Source: a virus
DNA: 64,000 nt
Reading direction: 5' to 3' (one strand)
Virus record (IMG/VR): IMGVR_UViG_3300018876_000008
Location: 32,001 to 96,000 of that record
The translations under genes were made by a program, and so were the position numbers. Positions 30,130 through 40,271 of this stretch are shown piece after piece. The notes below the pieces were generated by a model. That model saw only the letters and a list, made by a program, of their open reading frames with translations, had not been told where the DNA came from and made no database searches. The stretch's first letter is position 1. Each line of letters starts with the position of its first letter.

Positions 30130-31743
30130 ATGAGTCTTAGTCAAGTTTTAACTGAAAGTAGGAAAGATGATTTTTTGAGAAAATTTAAAAGTAAGTTTTC
30201 ACCTGAACAACTTAAGAAAGTGTTTAGTCTTTCAAGAAGTTTAGCACCTAATCAAAAATTCCTAATGTTTTTAGGTAATGTAATATCTTCAGAAAATTTT
30301 GATGAGAATCTAAGTAAGGCTGAAAAAGTAGTAGAAAAGTTTATAAAATATCAACAAGCATTAGAACAAAAAGATATTAATCAGTATAGAACTTTAGAAG
30401 ACATAATAACTACAATTAATAATCATGAAAATAAAGTAAGACGTACAGTTAAATCAGTAGACGGTGCAGATGTCGTATATGAAAATGATAGATTTACAGT
30501 AGTAACACCTCAGACACATAAGGCAAGTTGTTACTATGGGGCTGGAACTAAATGGTGTACGGCCTCTTTAAATGGTTCTACACATTTTGATAATTATAAT
30601 GTTGATGGTAAACTTTTTTATATTCTAGATAAAAAGGCTAAAAGTAATGACCGTTTTTATAAAGTGGCGGTTTTACAAAAATATGATGGAGATAAGACTT
30701 TTTATGATGCACCAGATAAATCATTCAAAGACGGATGGATATTAGGTACTCCTGAGTATGATGAAATACAGAAGAGTATTGATGAGTATATTGAAACTAA
30801 CTACCAACGAGAAATTAAAATTTTCAAAGATAAAGAAGCCGCTCGTTTAGAAAGAGAAAGATTAAGAAAGATAGCTGAAAGACGTAGAATTGCTCAAATG
30901 TTAGCTGATGCGGAAGAAAGAAAAGAAAACGATGAATGGAATTTAGAAAACACTGATGTTGATGGTGAAAAGGCTAATGCAGTTTTTGAAGTTTTAGTTG
31001 ATGAATATGGTGTTAATGTTAATGAAGAAGAAGGAGAATCTATCTACAATTTAGTTCCTTCACAATATTCCCATTATGATTTACAAACGTTTGAATGGAC
31101 AGGAGAAGACGAACAAGGATTAATACTCGCTGTTGGAGATTGGGATGAGGTATGGCAGGCGGCTAAGGAATATTATGAGGGTTTATGGGACGATATGGGT
31201 GCTGATGGTTGGAATAGAGGTTTTGTTGAATCATATATTGATGAAAGTGAAGTCAGAGATTGGTTTTATGATATGTTTGAAGAAGATGTAAATAATAATT
31301 ATGAGGTTTACTTTGATGATGACTTACCTCTGTCTGATGAACAGGAATCTCAAATCGCCAAATTAAAAGAAGAACAAGAAGAGTTAGATGAAATAACTGC
31401 TAATCTTGACGATGAATATACTGATGATGAAGTAGAATTAGCTGAAGATAGATGGAATGAAATTGATGATGAAATAACTGATATTGAAAGTGACCCTCAA
31501 GGAGAACCCACAGTTGGACAGATAGAAGATATGGTTAATTCAAGAGTAGACGATGTAATGTATGATATGGTAAGGTCTATGGAAGATTACGGATTAGATT
31601 TAAATGACTATGTGGATACTGATGCTTTATTTGAGGCGGCTATTGATGCTGATGGTGTTGGTAATGCCTTGAATAGTTATGACGGTGCTGAATATGAGTC
31701 ATCAATCAATGGAACTTGGTATCATGTAGTTAGAACAGAATAA
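30130..31743 (+). CDS. WCT-domain phage protein with long acidic C-terminus
   Basis: KDINQY and CYYGAGTKWCTAS; D/E-rich second half; ATATTTAT at 30105-30112. Confidence 0.75.
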   Translation: MSLSQVLTESRKDDFLRKFKSKFSPEQLKKVFSLSRSLAPNQKFLMFLGNVISSENFDENLSKAEKVVEKFIKYQQALEQKDINQYRTLEDIITTINNHENKVRRTVKSVDGADVVYENDRFTVVTPQTHKASCYYGAGTKWCTASLNGSTHFDNYNVDGKLFYILDKKAKSNDRFYKVAVLQKYDGDKTFYDAPDKSFKDGWILGTPEYDEIQKSIDEYIETNYQREIKIFKDKEAARLERERLRKIAERRRIAQMLADAEERKENDEWNLENTDVDGEKANAVFEVLVDEYGVNVNEEEGESIYNLVPSQYSHYDLQTFEWTGEDEQGLILAVGDWDEVWQAAKEYYEGLWDDMGADGWNRGFVESYIDESEVRDWFYDMFEEDVNNNYEVYFDDDLPLSDEQESQIAKLKEEQEELDEITANLDDEYTDDEVELAEDRWNEIDDEITDIESDPQGEPTVGQIEDMVNSRVDDVMYDMVRSMEDYGLDLNDYVDTDALFEAAIDADGVGNALNSYDGAEYESSINGTWYHVVRTE

Positions 31744-33443
31744 TGACAAACATAAAAACATACAAGATTGGAGATAAATGGTCAGATGATTTCGATTACA
31801 ATGGTATGTTGAAATCAGGATTAAAAGTAAGCCTAAAAACTCCAATAAAAAAAATGGAAGATTTGTTAAAATCTTTTACAGATGTTAACTACCATTCAGA
31901 GGGAGGACATTTATCACACCTTATTAAAATGGTAAAGTCAGGTAATAATAAAGATGCGGAAAAACACCTTAAAGACTTTAAAGACTCAATTAATAAAACC
32001 TTACATAATTTATCAGAAGGTCAGAATCCACACAGAAAAAAATATGTAGACGTTATAAGTGAGGGTAGAAGAGAAGATATTTTAAATAGGTTTAATGAAA
32101 ATCCTGAGTTACAAAAAACAGTAGAGGAATTCTTGGATAACGAATTTAACAAAAGAACTAATTACAAATATGTAAATTGGGTCCTCAAAAAAAACTTTGA
32201 TGATTTTGGTAATACTTTTATTTCTTTAGATAGTGTAATTAATTGGCTTGAGAAATTTGATAGAGTAAGAAAAAACTTACAATACAAAGATATTAATCAA
32301 TATAAAAATATTCATGACCTTATAGATACATTAGAGGTTTATGGTGATACAAAAAGTCAACAAAGGTCAAAATTAAAGGAAGGTACTGAAAGGATATATG
32401 AAGACGATAGAATATTAGTGGTAAAACCATTAACCAAAGATTCTTCATGTTATTATGGGTCAGGTACCAGATGGTGTACAGCATCAACACAGTTCGGTAA
32501 TAGATTTGAACAATACAATTCAAAGGGTCCATTGTATTATTTAATAAATAAAAATATGCAACCTACTAATGATTATTATAAAATTGCAATTCATTATGAT
32601 AGTCAAAATAATAGAATGACTCTATATGATGCTAAGGATGTTGTCAATGAAAATCTTTTAGGTTTAATTAAGACACTTCCGGCCTTTGATGCTATTCAAA
32701 ATGACATTACTCAAAATCATAAATGGGATAGGAGTGTGAACATTATTGATATGTTCCGTAAAATATTTAGTGGTGATTCTAAACTTACTCAAAATCTTAA
32801 TTTTAAAAGATATAGTTACATGATAGATGGTAAACCACTTAGATTACAAGGTTTTACATCTGGTAAACTAATAGGTACATGGGGAGTGAGAGAGTTTGTA
32901 TTAACTGTCAAAGATGATGATTTTGTATTTTATGCGACCAAGAGTAATGTTTTAGATGAAAGACCAATATATGAGGCTATTGAATATGTAGAAAACAAAA
33001 CAGGTCAAGAGATAAGTCCTGATAGAGTGGATAAATCATTATTTACATATGTTTTGTATAAAATTGTGGACTTATTCGTAGAAGAAAACTCACAGTTCAT
33101 GACTGTCGGTAATGACGAGATAACATATTGGAGACCTAAAAATAGTCATTCAAATTATAGGTTTGCTAGTGTGAATCCAGACAATGCTTACATCAGATTT
33201 TTAGAATATATTAGAGATAAAGAATCTCAAAATGAACCAGCCAGTAAAAGAGATTTTTTAATTAATGTTTTAGAAAAAGACCCTGAAAAGATAGTTTTAT
33301 CAGGATATCTCTCAACAATGTTCAGTTCAATGAAAGATGCTGGACTCGTTAGTCTTTACAGAGCCAAAGATTACCCTTATTTTAGGTACAAGATTGGACC
33401 CAACTACAATCTTTGGAAACAAGGAAGACTAGAGAGAATATGA
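31743..33443 (+). CDS. WCT-domain phage protein (paralog)
   Basis: KYVNW, KDINQY, CYYGSGTRWCTAS, GPLYY. Confidence 0.75.
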   Translation: MTNIKTYKIGDKWSDDFDYNGMLKSGLKVSLKTPIKKMEDLLKSFTDVNYHSEGGHLSHLIKMVKSGNNKDAEKHLKDFKDSINKTLHNLSEGQNPHRKKYVDVISEGRREDILNRFNENPELQKTVEEFLDNEFNKRTNYKYVNWVLKKNFDDFGNTFISLDSVINWLEKFDRVRKNLQYKDINQYKNIHDLIDTLEVYGDTKSQQRSKLKEGTERIYEDDRILVVKPLTKDSSCYYGSGTRWCTASTQFGNRFEQYNSKGPLYYLINKNMQPTNDYYKIAIHYDSQNNRMTLYDAKDVVNENLLGLIKTLPAFDAIQNDITQNHKWDRSVNIIDMFRKIFSGDSKLTQNLNFKRYSYMIDGKPLRLQGFTSGKLIGTWGVREFVLTVKDDDFVFYATKSNVLDERPIYEAIEYVENKTGQEISPDRVDKSLFTYVLYKIVDLFVEENSQFMTVGNDEITYWRPKNSHSNYRFASVNPDNAYIRFLEYIRDKESQNEPASKRDFLINVLEKDPEKIVLSGYLSTMFSSMKDAGLVSLYRAKDYPYFRYKIGPNYNLWKQGRLERI

Positions 33444-34216
33444 GATTAAATACAGACTGGATTTTACAAGAACCTATAGATTTAGAACACAAACAATATG
33501 TTCTATTAGACTACATGGCCAAAGTCAATGAAGACTTTGATAACTTCGTATTATACCCATCTTTTCAAGAACTAGCACTACATTTAGCGAGTATAGGTTC
33601 TTTAAAAGAGAGAGGACAGTACCTTATTTTAAATAGAGAACCTGAAGATATTGACGATGAAATATTATTAAGTGATTTAAACTATAAAAAGTTAATTAGT
33701 ACTAAAGAAAATATTGATGAAATATTCAAAATAGTCGAATACTCAAAAGATAAATTAACCGATTTATTTCTTATTGGTAAGTCTATTTATTCTTTAATTT
33801 ATGATGCTACATTGGTGAGTGTTGTTTTTAATGGGGATAAAATAAAAACTGAAAAACCAGGTAGAGGTTTCATTTACTTCAATTACAAAGGTAAAGGTTA
33901 TATTTACCAATACTTTATTAGGTTATTATCAGATAAATCAGGAGAAAACAAATGTGATATAAGTAAAATATATGAAGGAGATATTATAGGTGAAAATTTA
34001 GAAGATGTTATATCATTAATAAAACAAAATCACCAATTAAAAGATGGTCCTAGATATCAACCACATGAAAAAATAGATAAAAGACTACCAATATTTAGAG
34101 TTAAATTTGAACAAGAATATGATTTAGAAGGTGGTTTACTTGCGATTATAAAAAGAAAGGTAATGAATTATATTTTTCAGACAATAAAAATTCAAGAACT
34201 AAAAAATGACGACTAA
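33440..34216 (+). CDS. Hypothetical protein (start re-called to 33440, MRLNTDW)
   Basis: ATGA overlap with the upstream stop; IDLEHKQYVLLDY N-terminal motif. Confidence 0.7.
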   Translation: MRLNTDWILQEPIDLEHKQYVLLDYMAKVNEDFDNFVLYPSFQELALHLASIGSLKERGQYLILNREPEDIDDEILLSDLNYKKLISTKENIDEIFKIVEYSKDKLTDLFLIGKSIYSLIYDATLVSVVFNGDKIKTEKPGRGFIYFNYKGKGYIYQYFIRLLSDKSGENKCDISKIYEGDIIGENLEDVISLIKQNHQLKDGPRYQPHEKIDKRLPIFRVKFEQEYDLEGGLLAIIKRKVMNYIFQTIKIQELKNDD

Positions 34217-34619
34217 AATTAAAAAACCTGACCATATAGTTTGGGATGAAGAAAATCAAAAATATCATGCGAATATTTTACCTTATGGTAGTAGTGTTTC
34301 TGCACCTGTTATTAAGATAGAAGATATATCTTCATATAAACAAAGAAATGTTCAAAAAATACAAACTAAATTCAATAAGAAATATCAAGAGTTAGTTGAT
34401 GAATATAATAATTTAGTTGATGAAGTTAAGTTAAACCAAATAGTGTATGAATCTGATTTCTCATTTGAGCCTGTGATAGGTAATACTTATCATTTATACT
34501 ATAGAGAAAATGGAAAATATTTTTTATCTTTAATTGAACCTGAAATGTGGAATCAAGAATATGTTTTAAGTGTAGAATTAAATTCTGAACATAAATGGGT
34601 TTTAATTAAAGAGGTATAA
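34206..34619 (+). CDS. DUF2452-like protein
   Basis: LPYGSSVSAPVI, FEPVIGNTYHLY, FLSLIEPEMW. Confidence 0.7.
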   Translation: MTTKIKKPDHIVWDEENQKYHANILPYGSSVSAPVIKIEDISSYKQRNVQKIQTKFNKKYQELVDEYNNLVDEVKLNQIVYESDFSFEPVIGNTYHLYYRENGKYFLSLIEPEMWNQEYVLSVELNSEHKWVLIKEV

Positions 34620-34621
34620 AT

Positions 34622-35554
34622 ATGAGTTTACAAAATCCAAAAGACGTAAATGTTACTAACAATACCATATCCACTGTATTAGCTGGAGGATTAGGTAATA
34701 TGATGTTCCAAACAGCTACACTAATGGTTTACGCAAAAGAAACGGGTTATGACCCCTTAGTTGGGTATTGGACAACTCATCAATCCGAAAGTTCTAAATT
34801 TAATAAACATCTCAATAGAAACGGTAGAAATATACACTTTGACCCATGGGGAGGACACATACTTAAAGACCCACATATTTCTTTTGGTGATGTATATCCT
34901 AATATACCTTGGTTCGATAGTCGACCTAATGCATTTCAATGGTGGTTCGACCAAAGTTTAGCGTGGGACATCGATACTGGAGAAGGTGGAGTTTATTACG
35001 ATTTAAAACAAAAAGTTAAACCACCTTATCTATTTCAGGGATATTTTTTCAATAAATTATATTGGCATCATGAAAGAGATTATATTTTAGAATTATTTAC
35101 ACCCGATAAAAATATTAGTGATTATATTGAATATAACTATGGTAACTTATTTGATAAAAGTATTTCTTTACATTTGAGAATGGGTGGAGGAAGACAAGAT
35201 AATTTTTTTGATATTAAATTAATTCCAGATGAATGGGTAAGTAAAATTTTAAAAGAAGAAGGTGATGGACATAAAGTACTTGTATTTTCTGATAACCTAA
35301 ATTCAGCCAAATCATTTGTAAATAAATTAGGATTTCCCAAAGAAAAATTTGTTTATATTGACGAAGACCCGTATATTGCGGTTCATATGATGAGTATGTG
35401 TGATAAACATATTCTATCTAATTCAACTTTATCATTTTGGGGTGCATACCTTGATAAAAAACAAGAAAATGAATATACTTTTATACATGAAAGTTTTTTC
35501 GAAAGACACCCTTATAGTATGATACCTTACGATAAATGGAAAATTAATTATTAA
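34622..35554 (+). CDS. GT11 (alpha-1,2-fucosyltransferase-like) glycosyltransferase
   Basis: GGLGNMMFQ, QGYF, SLHLRMG, VFSD, MSMCDKHILSNSTLSFWGAYL. Confidence 0.88.
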   Translation: MSLQNPKDVNVTNNTISTVLAGGLGNMMFQTATLMVYAKETGYDPLVGYWTTHQSESSKFNKHLNRNGRNIHFDPWGGHILKDPHISFGDVYPNIPWFDSRPNAFQWWFDQSLAWDIDTGEGGVYYDLKQKVKPPYLFQGYFFNKLYWHHERDYILELFTPDKNISDYIEYNYGNLFDKSISLHLRMGGGRQDNFFDIKLIPDEWVSKILKEEGDGHKVLVFSDNLNSAKSFVNKLGFPKEKFVYIDEDPYIAVHMMSMCDKHILSNSTLSFWGAYLDKKQENEYTFIHESFFERHPYSMIPYDKWKINY

Positions 35555-35565
35555 ATTATATTATT

Positions 35566-35781
35566 ATGAGTGAACAAATTGAAATAACAAAAACAATGAT
35601 GAATAAATTGAATGGTAAACTTAGAGTTCCAATTCACATTAGTTATATAGCTAATTACATCTTAAAAGATTCTGTAGAAAAAACTAGAAAAGTTATGAAC
35701 AAACTTGTAGAAGATGGTATGGTAGTAGAAAGTAAGATTGCAAAAGATTATTACGTATTAAATAAAAGTAAAAATGAATAA
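35566..35781 (+). CDS. Small winged-helix-like protein
   Basis: 71 aa; pattern HISYIA...TRKVMNKLVEDGMV...YY. Confidence 0.5.
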   Translation: MSEQIEITKTMMNKLNGKLRVPIHISYIANYILKDSVEKTRKVMNKLVEDGMVVESKIAKDYYVLNKSKNE

Positions 35782-36007
35782 AGAGTTAGTCACACATCCA
35801 ACACATTATGGTGGAAAAGACAATCCATATGAAGTTATAAAAATAGCGGAAGCAACAGGATTAGATAAGGATGCTTATCTTTTTAACGTACTTAAGTATA
35901 TTGTTAGAAGTGGTAAAAAAGATGATAATCCCCCTGTACAAGATTTAAAAAAAGCGTTATTTTATTTGGATAGAAGAATAAAAATAATAGAGAAGAATGG
36001 AGAATAA
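35774..36007 (+). CDS. DUF3310 family protein
   Basis: VTHPTHYG, NVLKYIVRSGKK, DLKKALFYL. Confidence 0.85.
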   Translation: MNKELVTHPTHYGGKDNPYEVIKIAEATGLDKDAYLFNVLKYIVRSGKKDDNPPVQDLKKALFYLDRRIKIIEKNGE

Positions 36008-36866
36008 TAAAATTTATTGCGGTGATGGCCGTAAACTTATGGCTGAAATGCCTGAGAAGACGATTGACTTAGTTGTTACAAGTCCACCTTATGGGGTAGG
36101 AATCGATTATGATAGTTGGGATGACGATAAAGAAATTGCTGAGTATTGGAAATTTACTAGAGAATGGTTAAGAGAGACTTATAGAGTCCTCAAAGATGAT
36201 GGACGTATTGCCTTGAATATTCCTTATGAAATTAACCGACAGAAAAAAGGTGGTAGAATATATTTCTCAGCTGAGTTGTGGATGATAATGAAAGAGATTG
36301 GATTTGGTTTTTTCGGTATTGTGGACTTAGAAGAAAGTTCACCACACCGTAGTAAAACTACCGCATGGGGAAGTTGGATGAGTCCGTCTTCACCATACAT
36401 ATATAACCCTAAAGAATGTGTAATACTAGCCTACAAAAAGAAACACAAAAAGGATGTTAAAGGAACACCCCAATGGAAAGGAGAGTATCAAATGGTACCT
36501 AACGAAAAGATTGAGGGTGAGTTTAGAAAGAAGTTAGTGTATGAAGATAAAGACAAAAAAGATTTTATGTCTTTAGTTTTTGGTCAATGGAATTATTTTG
36601 CGGATACTCAACAAAAGACCAAAGCGACATTTTCATTAGATATTCCATATCGAGCAATTAAAATTCTTTCTTACAAAGAAGATTTGATAATGGACCCATT
36701 CAACGGAAGTGGGACAACATGTTTAGCGGCGGAAATGTTAGGTAGGCCATGGATTGGTATTGATATCAGTAAAAACTATTGTGAGGTTGCTAAAAATAGG
36801 ATAAAAGAATATCAGACAGAACAAAAACAACTCAAATTAGTTTTAGATGAACATACGAGAAATTAA
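35997..36866 (+). CDS. Beta-class N4-C/N6-A DNA methyltransferase
   Basis: DLVVTSPPY precedes DPFNGSGTT. Confidence 0.9.
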   Translation: MENNKIYCGDGRKLMAEMPEKTIDLVVTSPPYGVGIDYDSWDDDKEIAEYWKFTREWLRETYRVLKDDGRIALNIPYEINRQKKGGRIYFSAELWMIMKEIGFGFFGIVDLEESSPHRSKTTAWGSWMSPSSPYIYNPKECVILAYKKKHKKDVKGTPQWKGEYQMVPNEKIEGEFRKKLVYEDKDKKDFMSLVFGQWNYFADTQQKTKATFSLDIPYRAIKILSYKEDLIMDPFNGSGTTCLAAEMLGRPWIGIDISKNYCEVAKNRIKEYQTEQKQLKLVLDEHTRN

Positions 36867-37017
36867 AATGATTAGTCATGATTATATAACTATAGTTACC
36901 ACCGATAATCACGTAAAAACATTTAAAAAGGAAAAACTAACACCAACACAAAAGGTATGGTTTGAGAATATAATTGCATGTTCTTTATCATTAATCACCG
37001 AAACCCCTACAAAGTAA
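36847..37017 (+). CDS. Small hypothetical protein, missing from the ORF track
   Basis: MNIREIKMISHDYITIV...ITETPTK (56 aa), ending at a terminator. Confidence 0.55.
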   Translation: MNIREIKMISHDYITIVTTDNHVKTFKKEKLTPTQKVWFENIIACSLSLITETPTK

Positions 37018-37027
37018 GGGGTTTTTT
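37001..37027 (+). terminator. Intrinsic terminator
   Basis: aaacccct...aggggttt followed by a T run. Confidence 0.7.
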
Positions 37028-37058
37028 GTTATTCAGGATATTTATTAATAAAACTTTT

Positions 37059-37628
37059 ATGTCACGTATTATATTAAAAGAAGAAGAAAAACATTATATA
37101 CAAAAACTGTATTTACTTGAAAATGATACGGTAAGGAAAGATGGTACTAAAATGAGGGCTAGTCAAAACTTTTGGGATTTTATAAAATTCGAAGAAGGTG
37201 ACCCTAAGAAACCTGTGGGTTCTATCAAAGAACCTGTACTTAAAGCTTACAAAGACACTAGTGGTATTTGGACTATAGGTTATGGTCACACAGGAAGTGA
37301 TGTTAAAGAAGGGTTAGTTATAACTAAACAACAGGCACTTAAATTATTATACTCCGACGCAACTATTTCCGCAGATTGTGTTAGAAGATTTTTAAGTGAA
37401 TGGAAAGATAAAGGTTTAAAAACTTATATGTTAACACAAGGAGAATTTGATTCATTGGTTTCATTAGTTTTTAATTCAGGATGTGATTCAGTGAGGATGT
37501 CAAGATTTATTCAATACCTTAAATCGGGTCAAAATAAAAAAGCGGGAGAAGCTATTCTAAAATACAAAGCCAATAATTCTGGTTTAAAGAATAGAAGAGA
37601 AAAAGAAAGTAATATGTTTTTATCATGA
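37059..37628 (+). CDS. GH24 phage lysozyme with N-terminal leader (start re-called to 37059)
   Basis: FIKFEEG...AYKDTSGIWTIGYGHT, LTQGEFDSLVSLVFNSG, GLKNRREKE; ATATTTAT at 37038-37045. Confidence 0.88.
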   Translation: MSRIILKEEEKHYIQKLYLLENDTVRKDGTKMRASQNFWDFIKFEEGDPKKPVGSIKEPVLKAYKDTSGIWTIGYGHTGSDVKEGLVITKQQALKLLYSDATISADCVRRFLSEWKDKGLKTYMLTQGEFDSLVSLVFNSGCDSVRMSRFIQYLKSGQNKKAGEAILKYKANNSGLKNRREKESNMFLS

Positions 37629-39880
37629 AAAAATTAATTAAAGAATCGGGACTAAGGAATATGAAGGCGTTAGCCGACAGATATAAAAAGGCTAAAATTT
37701 ATTTCCACCAAGATTTAGACGGTGTTACAACTGCCTTAGCTATGAAAAATTATTTAGAAGATAACGGAATTAAAGTTGTTGATTCTGAGATAATACAGTA
37801 TGGTGATAAAGAGTTCACTGTTAAAAAACAAGACGCTCAAGGAGATACTATGCCGGTTTTAGTTGACTTCGCCCACGGTAAACCAATGTTTGTTGTCCAC
37901 ACGGACCACCATGATAGTCAAACAGGTGTTGAAGATGAGACTTCAACTTCTTTCAGGTCATCAAGGTCTAATGTTGAAACCTTATCGCAGATAATGTCTC
38001 CAAAAGATATTTTTACTTCTGATGATATAAGGTTAATATCTACAGTTGATTCTGCAGATTTTGCGAAGTACGGATTAAAACCTAAAGATATTATGAATTT
38101 TGTTTTTAAACTTCAAAAAGACGAATCATTACAAAAAAATAAAACAGCTTTAGGATTGGCGACTAACAAATTAATGTTAGCCTATAAGAATAAACCTGGA
38201 TTTATGGAGGAATTAGTTATGACTTCTAACCCATCGTTGTTAAATATATTTCAAAATATTAATAGAATCGCGGCGGAGAGAGGATATGCCCTTCCTGATG
38301 AAATGGATTTAAATCAAAAAGATTACATTCAAAAACAAAAAGAAAGTGAAAAAGTATATGTGGACGATAATATTATAGTTCAATATGGTGGAGGTTCAAT
38401 GTTTAAACCAGGTTCTTATGATAGATACACACCATTTGAAAATAACCCTGACGCTGATTTCTTAGTTATTGCTTGGCCTATGGGATTAGTACAAGCATCT
38501 TGTAACCCATTTAAAAAAGAAAGAGAACTAAAAGGTGTTAATTTAGGTGAGATTGCTCAAGAAGTGTTAAGTAAATGGGAGAGTCAATTAAAGGATAAAA
38601 TAATTCCATTATCTACAATAAAGTGGATATCTGAAGGTAACAAACAATTTGGTGATGAATCAGTTGGTTTTACAAATGCAGATTTAGAAGCATTTTATGG
38701 TGATAAAGTACGTTCTATTGATGGTGGTGATGAATATATGGAAAAGTTAAAAGACATCATGGATACACCTTCAACTCAATTAACGGAAGACCAGTGGGCA
38801 ATATTAGACAAATTAGGTGTACCTGCGTGGGAAATGATTCAAGCAAACTCAGGAGGACATAAATGTATTACTAATATATCGGCACTTAATTATTTCGGTA
38901 GAGGTAAGAGAAAACCTGAAGGTAAATATAAATACAATAAAGATAAAGGTGACTCACCTTATGTTAAGTTTACTAAAATGATTCAAAATGAATTTGTTAG
39001 AAAACTTAAAGAAAAGATTAATGAATCTAAAAATTTAAATGAATCGGTTTTAAATGAAGCAATAGGTTTTATATTTCCAATTGGTAATGAAGAATTCAAT
39101 GTTGGTTATGATTCCTCAGGATTAGGTAGAGGTAAGAAAAAAGTATTAGATAAAGACGAGGCGATTCATAATAGTGATTATGGGGCAGGTGACGCTAAAC
39201 ATCAACACAGAGGAGGACATTTAGGAATTGATATATTTGCACCTAAGGGTACTCCAATTATTTCAGCTACGGATGGAGAAGTGATTAAAGTTAGAAGAAA
39301 AGATAGAACTACTGGTGGTAAGACAGTTAGTGTATTATTAAATGGTATAGTTTATTATTATGCACACTTAGACCAAGTATCTGATAATATAAGTAAAGGT
39401 GACGATATTAAAAAAGGCACATTCATAGGTACAGTTGGTGATACAGGAAACGCTAAAGGAACCCATCCACACTTACACTTTTCGATGTATGAGAAAAGAG
39501 GTGGGTATAAAAGAGGAACTATTGACCCATGGCCATTTTTAAAAGATAGTCTTGATGGGGGAGATTTAATTGTTATTGAACCAGGACAAGTTGTTGATAA
39601 AGTTGAGGGAAAAATTGCACGTGAAGATTTAAGTATTACGGATATTGTTAACAACGGTGATAACTCTGAATTAATATCAATGGGTTCACAAGGTAAAGGA
39701 GTTGAAGAAATCCAAACAATTTTAGATAAAGAAGGTTACGATTTAGGGGATGCTGGGATTGATGGAATCTATGGTCCTTATACAATGAGAGCGGTTAAGA
39801 AGTTCCAAAAAGATAATGGTTTAAATTTGATTGACGGAATTGTTGGTATTGAAACGTCAACAGAATTCAAGAAACACTAA
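37625..39880 (+). CDS. DHH-family phosphoesterase + M23 peptidase + peptidoglycan-binding domain fusion
   Basis: HQDLDG, LVDF, TDHH (DHH); HLGIDIFA...YYYAHL...HPHLHF (M23); DGIYGPYTMRAVKKFQKDNGL...DGIVG (PG_binding_1). Confidence 0.85.
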   Translation: MKKLIKESGLRNMKALADRYKKAKIYFHQDLDGVTTALAMKNYLEDNGIKVVDSEIIQYGDKEFTVKKQDAQGDTMPVLVDFAHGKPMFVVHTDHHDSQTGVEDETSTSFRSSRSNVETLSQIMSPKDIFTSDDIRLISTVDSADFAKYGLKPKDIMNFVFKLQKDESLQKNKTALGLATNKLMLAYKNKPGFMEELVMTSNPSLLNIFQNINRIAAERGYALPDEMDLNQKDYIQKQKESEKVYVDDNIIVQYGGGSMFKPGSYDRYTPFENNPDADFLVIAWPMGLVQASCNPFKKERELKGVNLGEIAQEVLSKWESQLKDKIIPLSTIKWISEGNKQFGDESVGFTNADLEAFYGDKVRSIDGGDEYMEKLKDIMDTPSTQLTEDQWAILDKLGVPAWEMIQANSGGHKCITNISALNYFGRGKRKPEGKYKYNKDKGDSPYVKFTKMIQNEFVRKLKEKINESKNLNESVLNEAIGFIFPIGNEEFNVGYDSSGLGRGKKKVLDKDEAIHNSDYGAGDAKHQHRGGHLGIDIFAPKGTPIISATDGEVIKVRRKDRTTGGKTVSVLLNGIVYYYAHLDQVSDNISKGDDIKKGTFIGTVGDTGNAKGTHPHLHFSMYEKRGGYKRGTIDPWPFLKDSLDGGDLIVIEPGQVVDKVEGKIAREDLSITDIVNNGDNSELISMGSQGKGVEEIQTILDKEGYDLGDAGIDGIYGPYTMRAVKKFQKDNGLNLIDGIVGIETSTEFKKH

Positions 39881-39886
39881 ATTATA

Positions 39887-40243
39887 TTAAATCAAAGAAA
39901 AGGAGACATTGTCTCCTTTTTTTATGCCGTGATTTTTACAGTATCTACCTTCAACTTCTAAAACTGTATTACCAAAACCTTGATATGACTCACAATTTTT
40001 ATTATCATTACACGGTTGACAGTTGGAATGGATTTCAGTTATTTCTGTTCCGTTAATAAAAATGATATCTAATGGTATTATACAGTTATACATCCAAAAA
40101 CTTTGTTCAGTGGTGTTTGGCATAAAAAATAACATACCATCAAAAGATTCGTCAAACTTTTTACCCATCATTCCTTTAGAAATGGAATCTGGAGTGGCAG
40201 AAACTTTGACTTTTAAAATATTATCATTTATTATTACTTTCAT
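39887..40243 (-). CDS. DUF192 family protein (start re-called to 40243, MKVIIND)
   Basis: KGMMG, DGMLF, FWMYNCIIPLDIIFI, VLEV; ATATTTAT (minus) at 40248-40255. Confidence 0.85.
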   Translation of the reverse strand: MKVIINDNILKVKVSATPDSISKGMMGKKFDESFDGMLFFMPNTTEQSFWMYNCIIPLDIIFINGTEITEIHSNCQPCNDNKNCESYQGFGNTVLEVEGRYCKNHGIKKGDNVSFSLI

Positions 40244-40271
40244 ACTAATAAATATACAATAAAAAGAATAT

